From a phage, in the NCBI GenBank assembly GCA_023859445.1, contig GCA_023859445.1_4337.1: 27,839 nucleotides of DNA, one strand, 5' to 3'. This document shows, piece after piece, positions 1 through 7,231 of the stretch. The notes beneath the pieces were generated by a model, which saw only the letters and a program-made list of their open reading frames with translations, made no database searches and had not been told where the DNA came from. Position numbers and translations under genes: made by a program. Each line of letters starts with the position of its first letter. Positions within the stretch are counted from its first letter, which is position 1.

Positions 1-1408
1 CAATCGTCAGGGCCAGCGTCTGGTTAAGGGTGTCGAACGCAACCATGCCAATAGGCTCGTCACCCGAGGTTTCACGCATTAACTTAATCAGGCTTTTCAG
101 TTTTCCGACTTCACCCATGTCGATAACATGTACATAATCTTTACCTTCCTCGCCATACTTAGCCGCGAGTGCGTCAATACGTGTGCGTGTAGCGGCACCA
201 CCTTCACCGTCGATATAGAAATGGTGGCAACGCTGGGTGTCTGCCCCCGCAAACCGGTACCCGGCGGCGCTAAGGTACATCATCCCCAGCGTATAGAATG
301 ATTTATATGTGCCGGATTCCCCGACGATGTCCCAGATGCAATCCGACGGCATGTACCCTTCAACGACGAAATCAGCCTTTACCGGTTCAGGTAACTCGTC
401 ATCGTCTTCAAGGTCTTCCAGTGTACAAGTTACAGGCTCCTCGTTCTCTGTGCGGTGCAGTTCTTCAATCTCTTCATCCGGTAAATCAGGCAGAGCCGCA
501 CGAATGCTATTAATACTGATAGGTTGCTTGTCTACGTTAAGCTCGTCCGGAAGGCCGCACATACGCAGGGCCAAATGTTGTCGGCGGTTAAGCTCAGTGC
601 AAGCGCCGTTGTTTGTGTGCTGGCACACGAAGCGCACCTCTTTACCGTCAAGCATGATGCTGGTGGAGCCTTTGCCTGTATGCAGATGTTCATTAGGGCA
701 TGGCACTTCATACCCTCGGCCGGAAGATAAAGCGTCAAGGCCCAGCTCGGCTTCGCAGAAATGAGCTATATCTGCGTTAAGCCCGTGCTCATCGGCGGCA
801 AGTGTCTTAGCCTCGCGTTTACGCAGCCCCATTTCTTCGGCTTTCTTGATGTACCGCTCGGCACGGATAACACGCCCTTCTGTAACCGTTATCTTCGACT
901 CTTTATGCGGCAGGTAGATAAGGCGGTTGCCGTCTTCCGTGCAGTGGTCGCGCAGCGCTTCGTCTATCCCTAACTCTGCACAAATAGCACGTTGCACCAT
1001 CCACGCGTCGTTAGAGTTAAACGGCGTGCGAGCCGGAACCAGAACGCGGAATGCGTAATCCCCGTTTTTACACGCGTGCTGATGCGATGCCGTTGTGTGC
1101 AGAATATTGAAGAACGGCGCGTTCTTGAATTTGCGGGTAAGGTCGCGGTACTGAGTACGGTTGAGGTGGTCGAAGTCGAACTTAACAACACTGTCTTCCA
1201 GAATCGCGTTCTTACGGCGACCGCCAACAGGAGCAATAGCCTTCTGCTTAATCTTGGCAGCGTCGTACTCTTCCTTAGTCCACGACGGGTCTACGGTCAA
1301 ACGCTTCGATGTATCGCAGACATACTCTACGAACTGCTCCAGCGGCATTTCACGCGCTACAGGGTTTTTATCGAATGTGTTACGCAGCGTTGCAAAAACA
1401 ATATTCAT
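1..1408 (-). CDS. DNA primase-polymerase/helicase, N-terminal part (gene continues past window start)
   Basis: Uninterrupted minus-strand frame from ATG (complement of 1406-1408) to the window edge; absent from ORF track because no stop lies in the window. SD GGAGA 7 nt upstream. Translation shows AEP-primase-like motifs (KFDFDH, TASH), a Cys/His cluster (CPNEHLH...C...C) and P-loop GESGTYKS. Plus-strand ORFs 298-1613 in the track are antisense to it. Confidence 0.65.
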   Translation of the reverse strand, partial: MNIVFATLRNTFDKNPVAREMPLEQFVEYVCDTSKRLTVDPSWTKEEYDAAKIKQKAIAPVGGRRKNAILEDSVVKFDFDHLNRTQYRDLTRKFKNAPFFNILHTTASHQHACKNGDYAFRVLVPARTPFNSNDAWMVQRAICAELGIDEALRDHCTEDGNRLIYLPHKESKITVTEGRVIRAERYIKKAEEMGLRKREAKTLAADEHGLNADIAHFCEAELGLDALSSGRGYEVPCPNEHLHTGKGSTSIMLDGKEVRFVCQHTNNGACTELNRRQHLALRMCGLPDELNVDKQPISINSIRAALPDLPDEEIEELHRTENEEPVTCTLEDLEDDDELPEPVKADFVVEGYMPSDCIWDIVGESGTYKSFYTLGMMYLSAAGYRFAGADTQRCHHFYIDGEGGAATRTRIDALAAKYGEEGKDYVHVIDMGEVGKLKSLIKLMRETSGDEPIGMVAFDTLNQTLALTI

Positions 1409-1572
1409 TTCTTTTTCTCCGCGCGTTCTAAGGCTTCCTGCATACGGCGCATTGCGCGGTTCATCTTTACCGGTGCGAAGAAATCAGCGCCGTGTTTCTG
1501 GCGGCGTAGCTGTGGAACTATTAACTTCGTCATTGTATAATCCTTGTGCTTACTTTGATGATTTGTACTTTA

Positions 1573-1604
1573 GCCCCGACGTTCTGGCGTTGGGGTTTCT
1601 TTTT
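1573..1604 (+). terminator. Plus-strand hairpin with T-tract (intrinsic-terminator-like)
   Basis: Stem 1574-1581 pairs with 1588-1595 (one G-U), loop TTCTGG, followed by TTTCTTTTT (1596-1604). The minus-strand view lacks a U-tract. Confidence 0.4.
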
Positions 1605-1893
1605 ACCGTTTAGCCAACTCTTCCAGCAAATTTTTATACTCTTCAAAATATTCCTCGACCAAATCATCGCCGAAATAGAAGTCGATATACTCGAGATTAT
1701 CTCTTACGTTAAGCGACGCCGACATGGTGCTTAGTTGGCGTAAGCTAATTAGCTTCATTTCTGTTTCTACACAGAAAGGCCGGTAGGTATCGAGGTGGCA
1801 AGAGATGTTGAAGCATAAAGCGAACTCTCCCGCCACGGAGTGAACCATATACACTTCGTTTTCTGCTTTATTGTGGAAAATTACACCTTTCAT
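1603..1893 (-). CDS. Hypothetical protein (96 aa)
   Basis: ORF track; start overlaps stop of upstream gene in ATGA arrangement (1890-1893); lies directly upstream of primase gene on same strand. Confidence 0.5.
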   Translation of the reverse strand: MKGVIFHNKAENEVYMVHSVAGEFALCFNISCHLDTYRPFCVETEMKLISLRQLSTMSASLNVRDNLEYIDFYFGDDLVEEYFEEYKNLLEELAKR

Positions 1894-2072
1894 TTCACAT
1901 TCTCCTTAATCCATTCTTCAACTTTATTACGGTCAAATGTACCTGGTAAACGGCGACCCATAACCTTAATACAGCAGTCAGGGAATTTACCACTGCGCAA
2001 CCAGTTATTAATTGTCTGACGTGTTACCCCAATACGCTCTGCTACTTCATTCTGTGTCATGTAATGTTGCAT
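1890..2072 (-). CDS. Small HTH DNA-binding protein (AlpA/excisionase-like), 60 aa
   Basis: Start chosen at ATG complement 2070-2072 (SD AGGAG 8 nt upstream) rather than track start 2186. Helix-turn-helix-like segment TQNEVAERIGVTRQTINNWL. Confidence 0.55.
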   Translation of the reverse strand: MQHYMTQNEVAERIGVTRQTINNWLRSGKFPDCCIKVMGRRLPGTFDRNKVEEWIKENVK

Positions 2073-2103
2073 TTCTATATCTCCTGTTTGTTTGGTGAAA
2101 CCG

Positions 2104-2132
2104 AGTATAGGATAGCGGGAATGTAAAAGCAA
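2104..2132 (-). promoter_or_regulatory. Candidate sigma70 promoter for the minus-strand HTH gene (TTGCTT-17-TATACT)
   Basis: -35 complement of 2127-2132, -10 complement of 2104-2109, 17-nt spacer; about 30 nt upstream of the 2072 start. Confidence 0.4.
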
Positions 2133-2169
2133 CCAATCCCTGCAATATTTAATCTTTACAAAAAAGTTA

Positions 2170-2199
2170 TTGAAAGTTCTTGACACATGTTTGTATAAT
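2170..2199 (+). promoter_or_regulatory. Candidate sigma70 promoter (TTGAAA-18-TATAAT), divergent from 2104-2132
   Basis: TTGAAA 2170-2175, TATAAT 2194-2199, TG immediately upstream of the -10. Confidence 0.45.
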
Positions 2200-2226
2200 G
2201 GTTTTGGGACTTGTATATATTACGGA

Positions 2227-2258
2227 GTTGACGAACCCTCCCCGAGGGATTCGTCAAC
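2227..2258 (+). promoter_or_regulatory. Long imperfect inverted repeat/hairpin just downstream of the promoter
   Basis: GTTGACGAACCCTC (2227-2240) pairs with GAGGGATTCGTCAAC (2244-2258): 14 bp with one bulged A, 3-nt loop. Confidence 0.55.
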
Positions 2259-2491
2259 CCCTCCCATACGGCTGAGATGCTTGCCTTGGGGTTTAAGGAT
2301 AAGTGTATCTAAATCTCATTTAAAGAAGTAACCCACTGAAATATCTACTGTTTCTTAATGTGCCGTAGATTCGCAACCATAAAAATGTAACGATTATTGG
2401 GCAGGCTTAAGGCCCGCCCTTTAGTTACCAAGTAATAAGAATAAAGGCACAACCTTCCCTAAAGAATCACAACGGCAACGTAACTATTCTC

Positions 2492-2521
2492 TTGCACACC
2501 ACAACATAATAGGGTACTATT
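2492..2521 (+). promoter_or_regulatory. Conserved phage promoter, copy 1 (TTGCAC-N17-TACTAT; palindrome AATAGGGTACTATT)
   Basis: -35 2492-2497, -10 2515-2520, palindrome 2508-2521; 35 nt upstream of the 2555 gene. Confidence 0.5.
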
Positions 2522-2554
2522 CACTTATCGAAACGAGACAGAGGAGTGAGGGTT

Positions 2555-2746
2555 ATGTTTAAACGTGGTCAGTTGGTTAAATGCGCCGACGGTGAACACG
2601 GCATAATTGAATTAAAATCTAATTTATTTCCCGGTGAGTACGTAGTGACCGTGCAAAAGGTGAGAGGGGTAAATTCACAAATATACGTAGAAGAGGAGAA
2701 CTTAAAACTCATTGGCAACAATTTTAAATTCAAAGGGGCGAAGTGA
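2555..2746 (+). CDS. Hypothetical small protein (63 aa)
   Basis: ATG 2555 with SD GAGGAG (2541-2546); track ORF 2546-2746 begins at an upstream GTG. Confidence 0.55.
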   Translation: MFKRGQLVKCADGEHGIIELKSNLFPGEYVVTVQKVRGVNSQIYVEEENLKLIGNNFKFKGAK

Positions 2747-2946
2747 TGGAAGAATTATTTGAAGAACTGAAACATCATGATTTCGAGGAAATATATTTCG
2801 TAGCTGAACGCTACGAGGTGCATCTGGCGGACGGTATAACGGTTATTACATCTACCAGCGAGCGAATGTTAAATAGCTTACGAGCAATACGAACGGCATC
2901 GAATCGTGATGCTTGTGCCGACGACTCTGAGGGAGGTTGCCGTTAA
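2743..2946 (+). CDS. Hypothetical small acidic protein (67 aa)
   Basis: ORF track; ATGA overlap with upstream gene. Confidence 0.5.
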   Translation: MMEELFEELKHHDFEEIYFVAERYEVHLADGITVITSTSERMLNSLRAIRTASNRDACADDSEGGCR

Positions 2947-3125
2947 TGCGAATCCGTATAACTGACCGCAGGCTTGTACGTATAACTGACCGCAGGCTTA
3001 TAGATTTCGGTATCTCGGTAGGTGATGTTTTTCCGGCGTTCAGCATCAACCATTATGGTTTTATGATTGAGTACAAATGGTCGTTATTGTTCGTGTATCG
3101 GGATGAATGTGAGGTTCTGGTATGA
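2946..3125 (+). CDS. Hypothetical small protein (59 aa) containing an in-frame tandem repeat
   Basis: ATG 2946 overlapping upstream stop (TAATG), SD GAGGGAGG 2929-2936; encodes RITDRRLV/RITDRRLI from the 24-bp repeat. Confidence 0.4.
   Translation: MRIRITDRRLVRITDRRLIDFGISVGDVFPAFSINHYGFMIEYKWSLLFVYRDECEVLV
2955..3002. repeat. 24-bp tandem direct repeat, two copies (23/24 identical)
   Basis: CGTATAACTGACCGCAGGCTTGTA (2955-2978) and CGTATAACTGACCGCAGGCTTATA (2979-3002). Confidence 0.9.
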
Positions 3126-3277
3126 GAGAAGCATTTGAACGGTGGGCTGTGGTCGAGGGTCTGCCGGTTAACAAGGGTTCAAAGAAAGAGTACCTGAACG
3201 TTAAGACGCGTCTCGCGTGGCGGGCGTGGAAAGCTGGTGTGCAATCCTTGATTGAAAGAGGTGTGAGGTATGGGTGA
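3122..3277 (+). CDS. Hypothetical small protein (51 aa)
   Basis: ATG 3122 overlapping upstream stop (ATGA), SD GAGG upstream; ends TGA 3275-3277, overlapping next start; under the track length cutoff. Confidence 0.4.
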   Translation: MREAFERWAVVEGLPVNKGSKKEYLNVKTRLAWRAWKAGVQSLIERGVRYG

Positions 3278-3470
3278 GTGGATTAAGTGTAGTGAGATGC
3301 TGCCGGGTAATGGGTATACGGATAAAGAGTTCCTGGTGTATGAAACGTTAAATAACGCAGTTCAGCACGATTATTACATAGTTCCTGATGACGGGAGAAA
3401 GCCTTTCTGGAATCACTACGATAAGTACGTGACGCACTGGATGCCGTTACCCGAGCCGCCAGAAGTGTGA
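3270..3470 (+). CDS. DUF551-like phage protein (66 aa)
   Basis: ORF track; C-terminal HWMPLPEPP motif typical of DUF551 small phage proteins (recalled from memory). Confidence 0.6.
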   Translation: MGEWIKCSEMLPGNGYTDKEFLVYETLNNAVQHDYYIVPDDGRKPFWNHYDKYVTHWMPLPEPPEV

Positions 3471-3604
3471 TGCTCAATAGTTTGGGATTTTACTGAGTGA
3501 CTTACGCTGCTACACAGCAGCGTACAACTTTAACTTAGTGTCGTCAAAAGGCGACACTTTCATCAAACGCAACAATCGAAGCGACTATTGCAGGAGATGC
3601 AACA

Positions 3605-3778
3605 ATGATTACTAAAGAACAGGCTGAACGACTAATCACGTTAATCGACACGATGGTTGATGCGAAAACCGATTTAGCAACGGCAACAGAGGAATCCGCT
3701 ACCTGGTCGCTTGAAGAAAGAGAGGCAGAAGCGGAAAGGGAGTTACTGGCGTTCATCGACTCTATAACACACCAATAA
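3605..3778 (+). CDS. Hypothetical small acidic protein (57 aa)
   Basis: ATG 3605 with SD AGGAGA about 8 nt upstream; codon count verified to TAA 3776-3778; not in track. Confidence 0.4.
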   Translation: MITKEQAERLITLIDTMVDAKTDLATATEESATWSLEEREAEAERELLAFIDSITHQ

Positions 3779-3785
3779 AATTTAC

Positions 3786-3815
3786 TTGCACACTAAGATA
3801 GAATAGGCTACTATT
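3786..3815 (+). promoter_or_regulatory. Conserved phage promoter, copy 2 (TTGCAC-N17-TACTAT; palindrome AATAGGCTACTATT)
   Basis: -35 3786-3791, -10 3809-3814, palindrome 3802-3815; near-identical to copy 1 over about 35 bp including downstream AAACGAGA. Confidence 0.5.
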
Positions 3816-3963
3816 CATTTACACAAACGAGAGGAGAGACAGAAGGTGAAAGATTATAGCGAAGTGACTTTAGGTGAGTTGCAGGACGGGTACGAAGATA
3901 TGTGCTACCCGTTCATCTGCGACGGGGATTACAACGGCGGCTATAACGGAGTGAGCGAAGAAT

Positions 3964-4392
3964 ATGAATAACAAAAACGAAGTATTCGAGTACTTGGTAG
4001 CGGCAATGCACCTAACGCTGGACGAACGTAAGGCACACAAGCAACAGTGCGAAGACCTGGCGCATGAGGTGCTGTCACTTAAGAATCAGTTACGTGATGC
4101 GTCAGCGCAGATTAAGGAGCTACATATGGCGCTGGTCAAAGCTACGGGCGACGCGGAGGCGTACAAACTTATCCGCAAACAGGAGCAATCCGGTTGCCGT
4201 AAAGAGGATACCCAGGAATGCGAGCATGATTGGGTGCTAGATGAAAAAGGGGACTACTTCATTTGCGCTAAATGCGGTAAGCAAGAATCGGAATTGAGCG
4301 ATTGCCAACACGCTAATACCGTCGGTTTGCGCAAAGGCTTTGCGCCGGGTTTTACTAAAAAGTGTCTTGATTGCGGGGCTAAACTGAAATGA
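3964..4392 (+). CDS. Coiled-coil protein with C-terminal CxxC...CxxC zinc-ribbon-like motif (142 aa)
   Basis: ORF track; CAKCG and CLDCG pairs near the C-terminus. Confidence 0.55.
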   Translation: MNNKNEVFEYLVAAMHLTLDERKAHKQQCEDLAHEVLSLKNQLRDASAQIKELHMALVKATGDAEAYKLIRKQEQSGCRKEDTQECEHDWVLDEKGDYFICAKCGKQESELSDCQHANTVGLRKGFAPGFTKKCLDCGAKLK

Positions 4393-4592
4393 CCAGCATC
4401 CTTTTTATCTGGGTACTGTCCGCAGGCCAGATGCAACTAGCGGCATCAGAAACGTTTTATTCGATGGAGGCGTGCCAGTCAGCGGCACGCGCCGCAGAGA
4501 ACGCGCACTTCCTGTTTCAGGGCGACAAGCCCAACGATTCGGAGGTACGCGCTATCTGCTCACCTAAGCGACTTGGTAAACAGGAGAAATAA
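4389..4592 (+). CDS. Hypothetical small protein with hydrophobic N-terminus (67 aa)
   Basis: ORF track; ATGA overlap with upstream gene. Confidence 0.45.
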   Translation: MTSILFIWVLSAGQMQLAASETFYSMEACQSAARAAENAHFLFQGDKPNDSEVRAICSPKRLGKQEK

Positions 4593-4885
4593 TGTCGTTA
4601 GCAACTGACATCCTGAAACGAAGCGGCCTTGCGCCGCTGTCGCCGAGAGCGAATACGCGTATACACAAGCGCCGCCGTAATGCACTGTACCCCGAGATTC
4701 AGGCCAGACGCAAAGCGGTCCGCGCCTGTGGATTCCAGAACGGGAAGGCTGTGAATCTCGGTGAGTTCAAAACACAGGAACGTGCAGCTATAGCTAATCG
4801 GTTATTTAATTACTGGAAATCGCTTGGATACGATGATATTCCGACGAAACCACAGAGACGACAATACATCTGGCGGCACAAATAA
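4592..4885 (+). CDS. Hypothetical basic protein (97 aa)
   Basis: ORF track; start overlaps upstream stop; Arg/Lys-rich. Confidence 0.5.
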   Translation: MSLATDILKRSGLAPLSPRANTRIHKRRRNALYPEIQARRKAVRACGFQNGKAVNLGEFKTQERAAIANRLFNYWKSLGYDDIPTKPQRRQYIWRHK

Positions 4886-4915
4886 ACAACTATTAGGATA
4901 ATTCCTACCCGTGGT

Positions 4916-4955
4916 ATCCTCCAGTTACTGCATACTTAATACGCACCTGGAGGAT
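4916..4955 (+). promoter_or_regulatory. Hairpin sequestering the SD of the first lysis gene
   Basis: Perfect 9-bp inverted repeat ATCCTCCAG (4916-4924) / CTGGAGGAT (4947-4955), 22-nt loop; right arm contains SD GGAGGA (4949-4954), 6 nt before TTG 4961. Confidence 0.45.
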
Positions 4956-4960
4956 TCATC

Positions 4961-5269
4961 TTGGATAAATTTACTGAAACAGTGACGGGGTGGCTTCTCG
5001 CTGCCGCACTGGTCGGTGGATTGGTCGGGCTAAGACAACATAAAAAGTCTATATCCGGGCCGATTGACGGACTGGTATTTCTTCTCACCGGCTTCGCGTG
5101 TGCTATTTTCGGTGCACCTCTTGCCGCTCAATGGTTCGGTATTACCGGTGAGCGTGAGATAGCTGGCCTCGGATTCATCATTGCCATTCTCTGGATGCCT
5201 ATCTATTCCCGCCTTTCTGGCATCGTATCGGGTGGCGATATTGCCCGCCCAGGAGGACCGAATGACTGA
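4961..5269 (+). CDS. Putative holin, three predicted TM segments (102 aa from TTG; alternative GTG at 4982)
   Basis: ORF track; three hydrophobic stretches and charged C-terminus; directly upstream of the endolysin; non-ATG start. Confidence 0.55.
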   Translation: MDKFTETVTGWLLAAALVGGLVGLRQHKKSISGPIDGLVFLLTGFACAIFGAPLAAQWFGITGEREIAGLGFIIAILWMPIYSRLSGIVSGGDIARPGGPND

Positions 5270-5534
5270 GCTATTCTGGTTTGTCGTAATGCTGGCAATG
5301 GGCGCTTCGTCCCTGTTCAACGTGTATAATGAACGCGTGGACGACGGGCTGTTCGGGCGTGTTCTCTATATCCTGACTGCTATCGTCTGTGCCGCCGGAT
5401 GTATTCACCTGTTACAGGGCAGCATGTCGCCTACGCTGCCTGAGACATTAATCACATTAGTCGCGCTGCGCCAGATTCGCCAGGCGTGGCTGTCATACGG
5501 AGGGCATAAGCGTGTCTCGAAACATTTCAGATAA
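5262..5534 (+). CDS. Second small membrane protein of the lysis cassette, two TM segments (90 aa; holin or antiholin candidate)
   Basis: ATG 5262 with SD AGGAGG (5251-5256), overlapping the upstream stop; two hydrophobic segments. Confidence 0.5.
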   Translation: MTELFWFVVMLAMGASSLFNVYNERVDDGLFGRVLYILTAIVCAAGCIHLLQGSMSPTLPETLITLVALRQIRQAWLSYGGHKRVSKHFR

Positions 5535-6000
5535 TGGATTGCATTTTACCGCCGCGTTCGAGGGGTTCCGTGGAACCGCGTATCGTGCTACGTCGAACGA
5601 GAAGTACCTGACTATTGGCTACGGGCACTACGGACCGGACGTAACCCCGGGTAAGACCATCACCCCGGGGCAAGGCCTCCTGTTACTGAATCGTGATATG
5701 GCTAAGGCCGTAGCTGCGGTTGACGCAGCAGCACACCATTCATTGACACAGGCACAGTTCGACGCAGTGTGCGACCTGGTGTATAACGCGGGTGCCGGTG
5801 TGATTGCGGCTACTACTGGCACAGGTAAGGCACTGCGTTCTGGTGACGTCACGACTCTGCGGGCTAAGCTGGCGCTGTTCATCAACCAGAACGGCAAACC
5901 GATACTTGGACTGCGTCGTCGTACCGCCGGTCGTCTGGCGCTGTTCGACGGTAAACCGTGGCAGGAGGCTGAGGCTATCGGGCGCGCGGTGAAAGGTTGA
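5512..6000 (+). CDS. Endolysin, GH24 phage lysozyme (P22 gp19 / T4 E-like)
   Basis: ORF track; GTG start with SD GGAGGG (5499-5504); conserved N-terminal pattern FEGFRGTAYRATSNEKYLTIGYGHYG and C-terminal RR..ALF recalled from GH24 lysozymes. Confidence 0.85.
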   Translation: MSRNISDNGLHFTAAFEGFRGTAYRATSNEKYLTIGYGHYGPDVTPGKTITPGQGLLLLNRDMAKAVAAVDAAAHHSLTQAQFDAVCDLVYNAGAGVIAATTGTGKALRSGDVTTLRAKLALFINQNGKPILGLRRRTAGRLALFDGKPWQEAEAIGRAVKG

Positions 6001-6064
6001 CACCTGAGACTAATCCGACGATACTTAAATCACCTCCTGTTCCATACCTCTGCTCTCCAGTTTT

Positions 6065-6097
6065 ATCCCGGCCCTGACCCAGCCGGGATTTTTTTTA
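6065..6097 (+). terminator. Intrinsic terminator after the lysis cassette
   Basis: Stem TCCCGGC/GCCGGGA (6066-6072 / 6082-6088), 9-nt loop, followed by 8 T. Confidence 0.7.
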
Positions 6098-6118
6098 TCT
6101 ATTTTCTGCAATGACTAG

Positions 6119-6147
6119 TTGACTATTACCTACGACCCTATTATATT
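6119..6147 (+). promoter_or_regulatory. Candidate sigma70 promoter (TTGACT-17-TATATT)
   Basis: -35 6119-6124, -10 6142-6147; about 35 nt upstream of the 6181 gene. Confidence 0.45.
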
Positions 6148-6180
6148 TACTCCATCGACAACGAGAACGGAGTAGAGAAG

Positions 6181-6429
6181 ATGAGTAACGTACAGACAAT
6201 CGCAATAACCGAGGAACTTGAAGCCAAATGTATCGCATGGACTATGGGTAATGACCCGGTTGCTATGCGTAAATTTCCAATGAAAATCACAGACATCGAA
6301 GCATTCAAAGATGCACAACTGATGGCACGCATCGCCGTTAGTAACCTGAGCAATAGCATCCCTGCGGACGCGTTCTGGTTCGCTGCAATGCAGACCCTGA
6401 AGGCCGCTTATGCAGGAGAGAAGAAATGA
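6181..6429 (+). CDS. Hypothetical protein (82 aa)
   Basis: ORF track; SD GGAG upstream. Confidence 0.5.
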   Translation: MSNVQTIAITEELEAKCIAWTMGNDPVAMRKFPMKITDIEAFKDAQLMARIAVSNLSNSIPADAFWFAAMQTLKAAYAGEKK

Positions 6430-6623
6430 AAGTTAAAGCCGCTAAAATTCTCTGGTTAGCCGCCCTTGACTATGTGACAGAGGGTAAAGTGTATGATGTA
6501 TACAACCCGACAGCTACTGGTTTCGGTTATATAGACTCCGACGACGACTGCTGTATTTTCATAGACTTTGGTAACGATGAAGGTGATGGCTTCCACGGCG
6601 TTAAATGGGAGATTGTAGAATGA
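6426..6623 (+). CDS. Hypothetical acidic protein (65 aa)
   Basis: ORF track; ATGA overlap. Confidence 0.5.
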   Translation: MKVKAAKILWLAALDYVTEGKVYDVYNPTATGFGYIDSDDDCCIFIDFGNDEGDGFHGVKWEIVE

Positions 6624-6778
6624 GCGAACAAGGTCAAGTAAGCCAACCACTACGGGTAGGCCGTAAAGTCAGCCACACCCCGTTCCCGACACGCGAGGAA
6701 CTGATGAAACGTAACAGTTTCCCTGGGCCGGACAAGAACAAGTATCTCAATCGCATGTGGGGAGAGCGTAAAGAATGA
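6620..6778 (+). CDS. Hypothetical small protein (52 aa)
   Basis: ATG 6620 overlapping upstream stop (ATGA); codons counted to TGA 6776-6778; below track cutoff. Confidence 0.4.
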   Translation: MSEQGQVSQPLRVGRKVSHTPFPTREELMKRNSFPGPDKNKYLNRMWGERKE

Positions 6779-6948
6779 CTGACCGCGAATACGAGAAGGC
6801 ATGCGTAGAGTCGGCGCTAGGTATGTACGCTATTGAAGAGTGCGACAAGACGATTGCCGAATTAGAAAAGGCGTTATCTGTGGTACAGGAGCATCGTCGT
6901 GAATTGATTAACCGCTTCAACCTGAACAAAGGTGACACCAATGCCTAA
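6775..6948 (+). CDS. Hypothetical small protein (57 aa)
   Basis: ATG 6775 overlapping upstream stop (ATGA); codons counted to TAA 6946-6948. Confidence 0.4.
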   Translation: MTDREYEKACVESALGMYAIEECDKTIAELEKALSVVQEHRRELINRFNLNKGDTNA

Positions 6949-7231
6949 AATCACAATCGCGTCACTTGAGCGTCGTATTCTGGTCCTTGAGTCAGAGAAA
7001 CAGACGTTAGGCGGGCAACTGTCAATTAACGGTGAGTTTCAACTGGAGGCGTTTAAGGAGTTACTGGCTATTAAGACGCAAGAACCGAACGTGTACGCGG
7101 GGTTGTTCGTCGGTGAAGACAGTTCTTCGCTGGCTTATTACAACACGGCAACCGCAGCTTCAAAGGATGGGGCTGATGTGATAATCCCGCTGTACGACAA
7201 TGTTGTCGGACCAGAAGATGAAAGCGCCTGA
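6941..7231 (+). CDS. Hypothetical protein (96 aa)
   Basis: ATG 6941 in frame with track ORF 6932-7231; overlaps the upstream gene end. Confidence 0.5.
   Translation: MPKITIASLERRILVLESEKQTLGGQLSINGEFQLEAFKELLAIKTQEPNVYAGLFVGEDSSSLAYYNTATAASKDGADVIIPLYDNVVGPEDESA

Noticed and set aside
298-1613. Plus-strand ORFs in the track (309-764, 524-730, 761-973, 992-1540, 1161-1613) and minus ORFs 532-738 and 970-1236
   Set aside because: They overlap the long, motif-bearing minus-strand primase/helicase frame and have low-complexity, Ser/Arg-rich translations; judged antisense or off-frame artefacts.
1890-2186. Long form of the HTH ORF starting at 2186
   Set aside because: The N-terminal extension runs through the promoter region and has no SD; ATG at 2072 with AGGAG upstream is the more plausible start.
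3846-3971. 41-codon GTG-initiated ORF upstream of the 3964 gene
   Set aside because: Non-ATG start, very short, no recognisable features; cannot be separated from chance although it is well positioned after conserved promoter copy 2.
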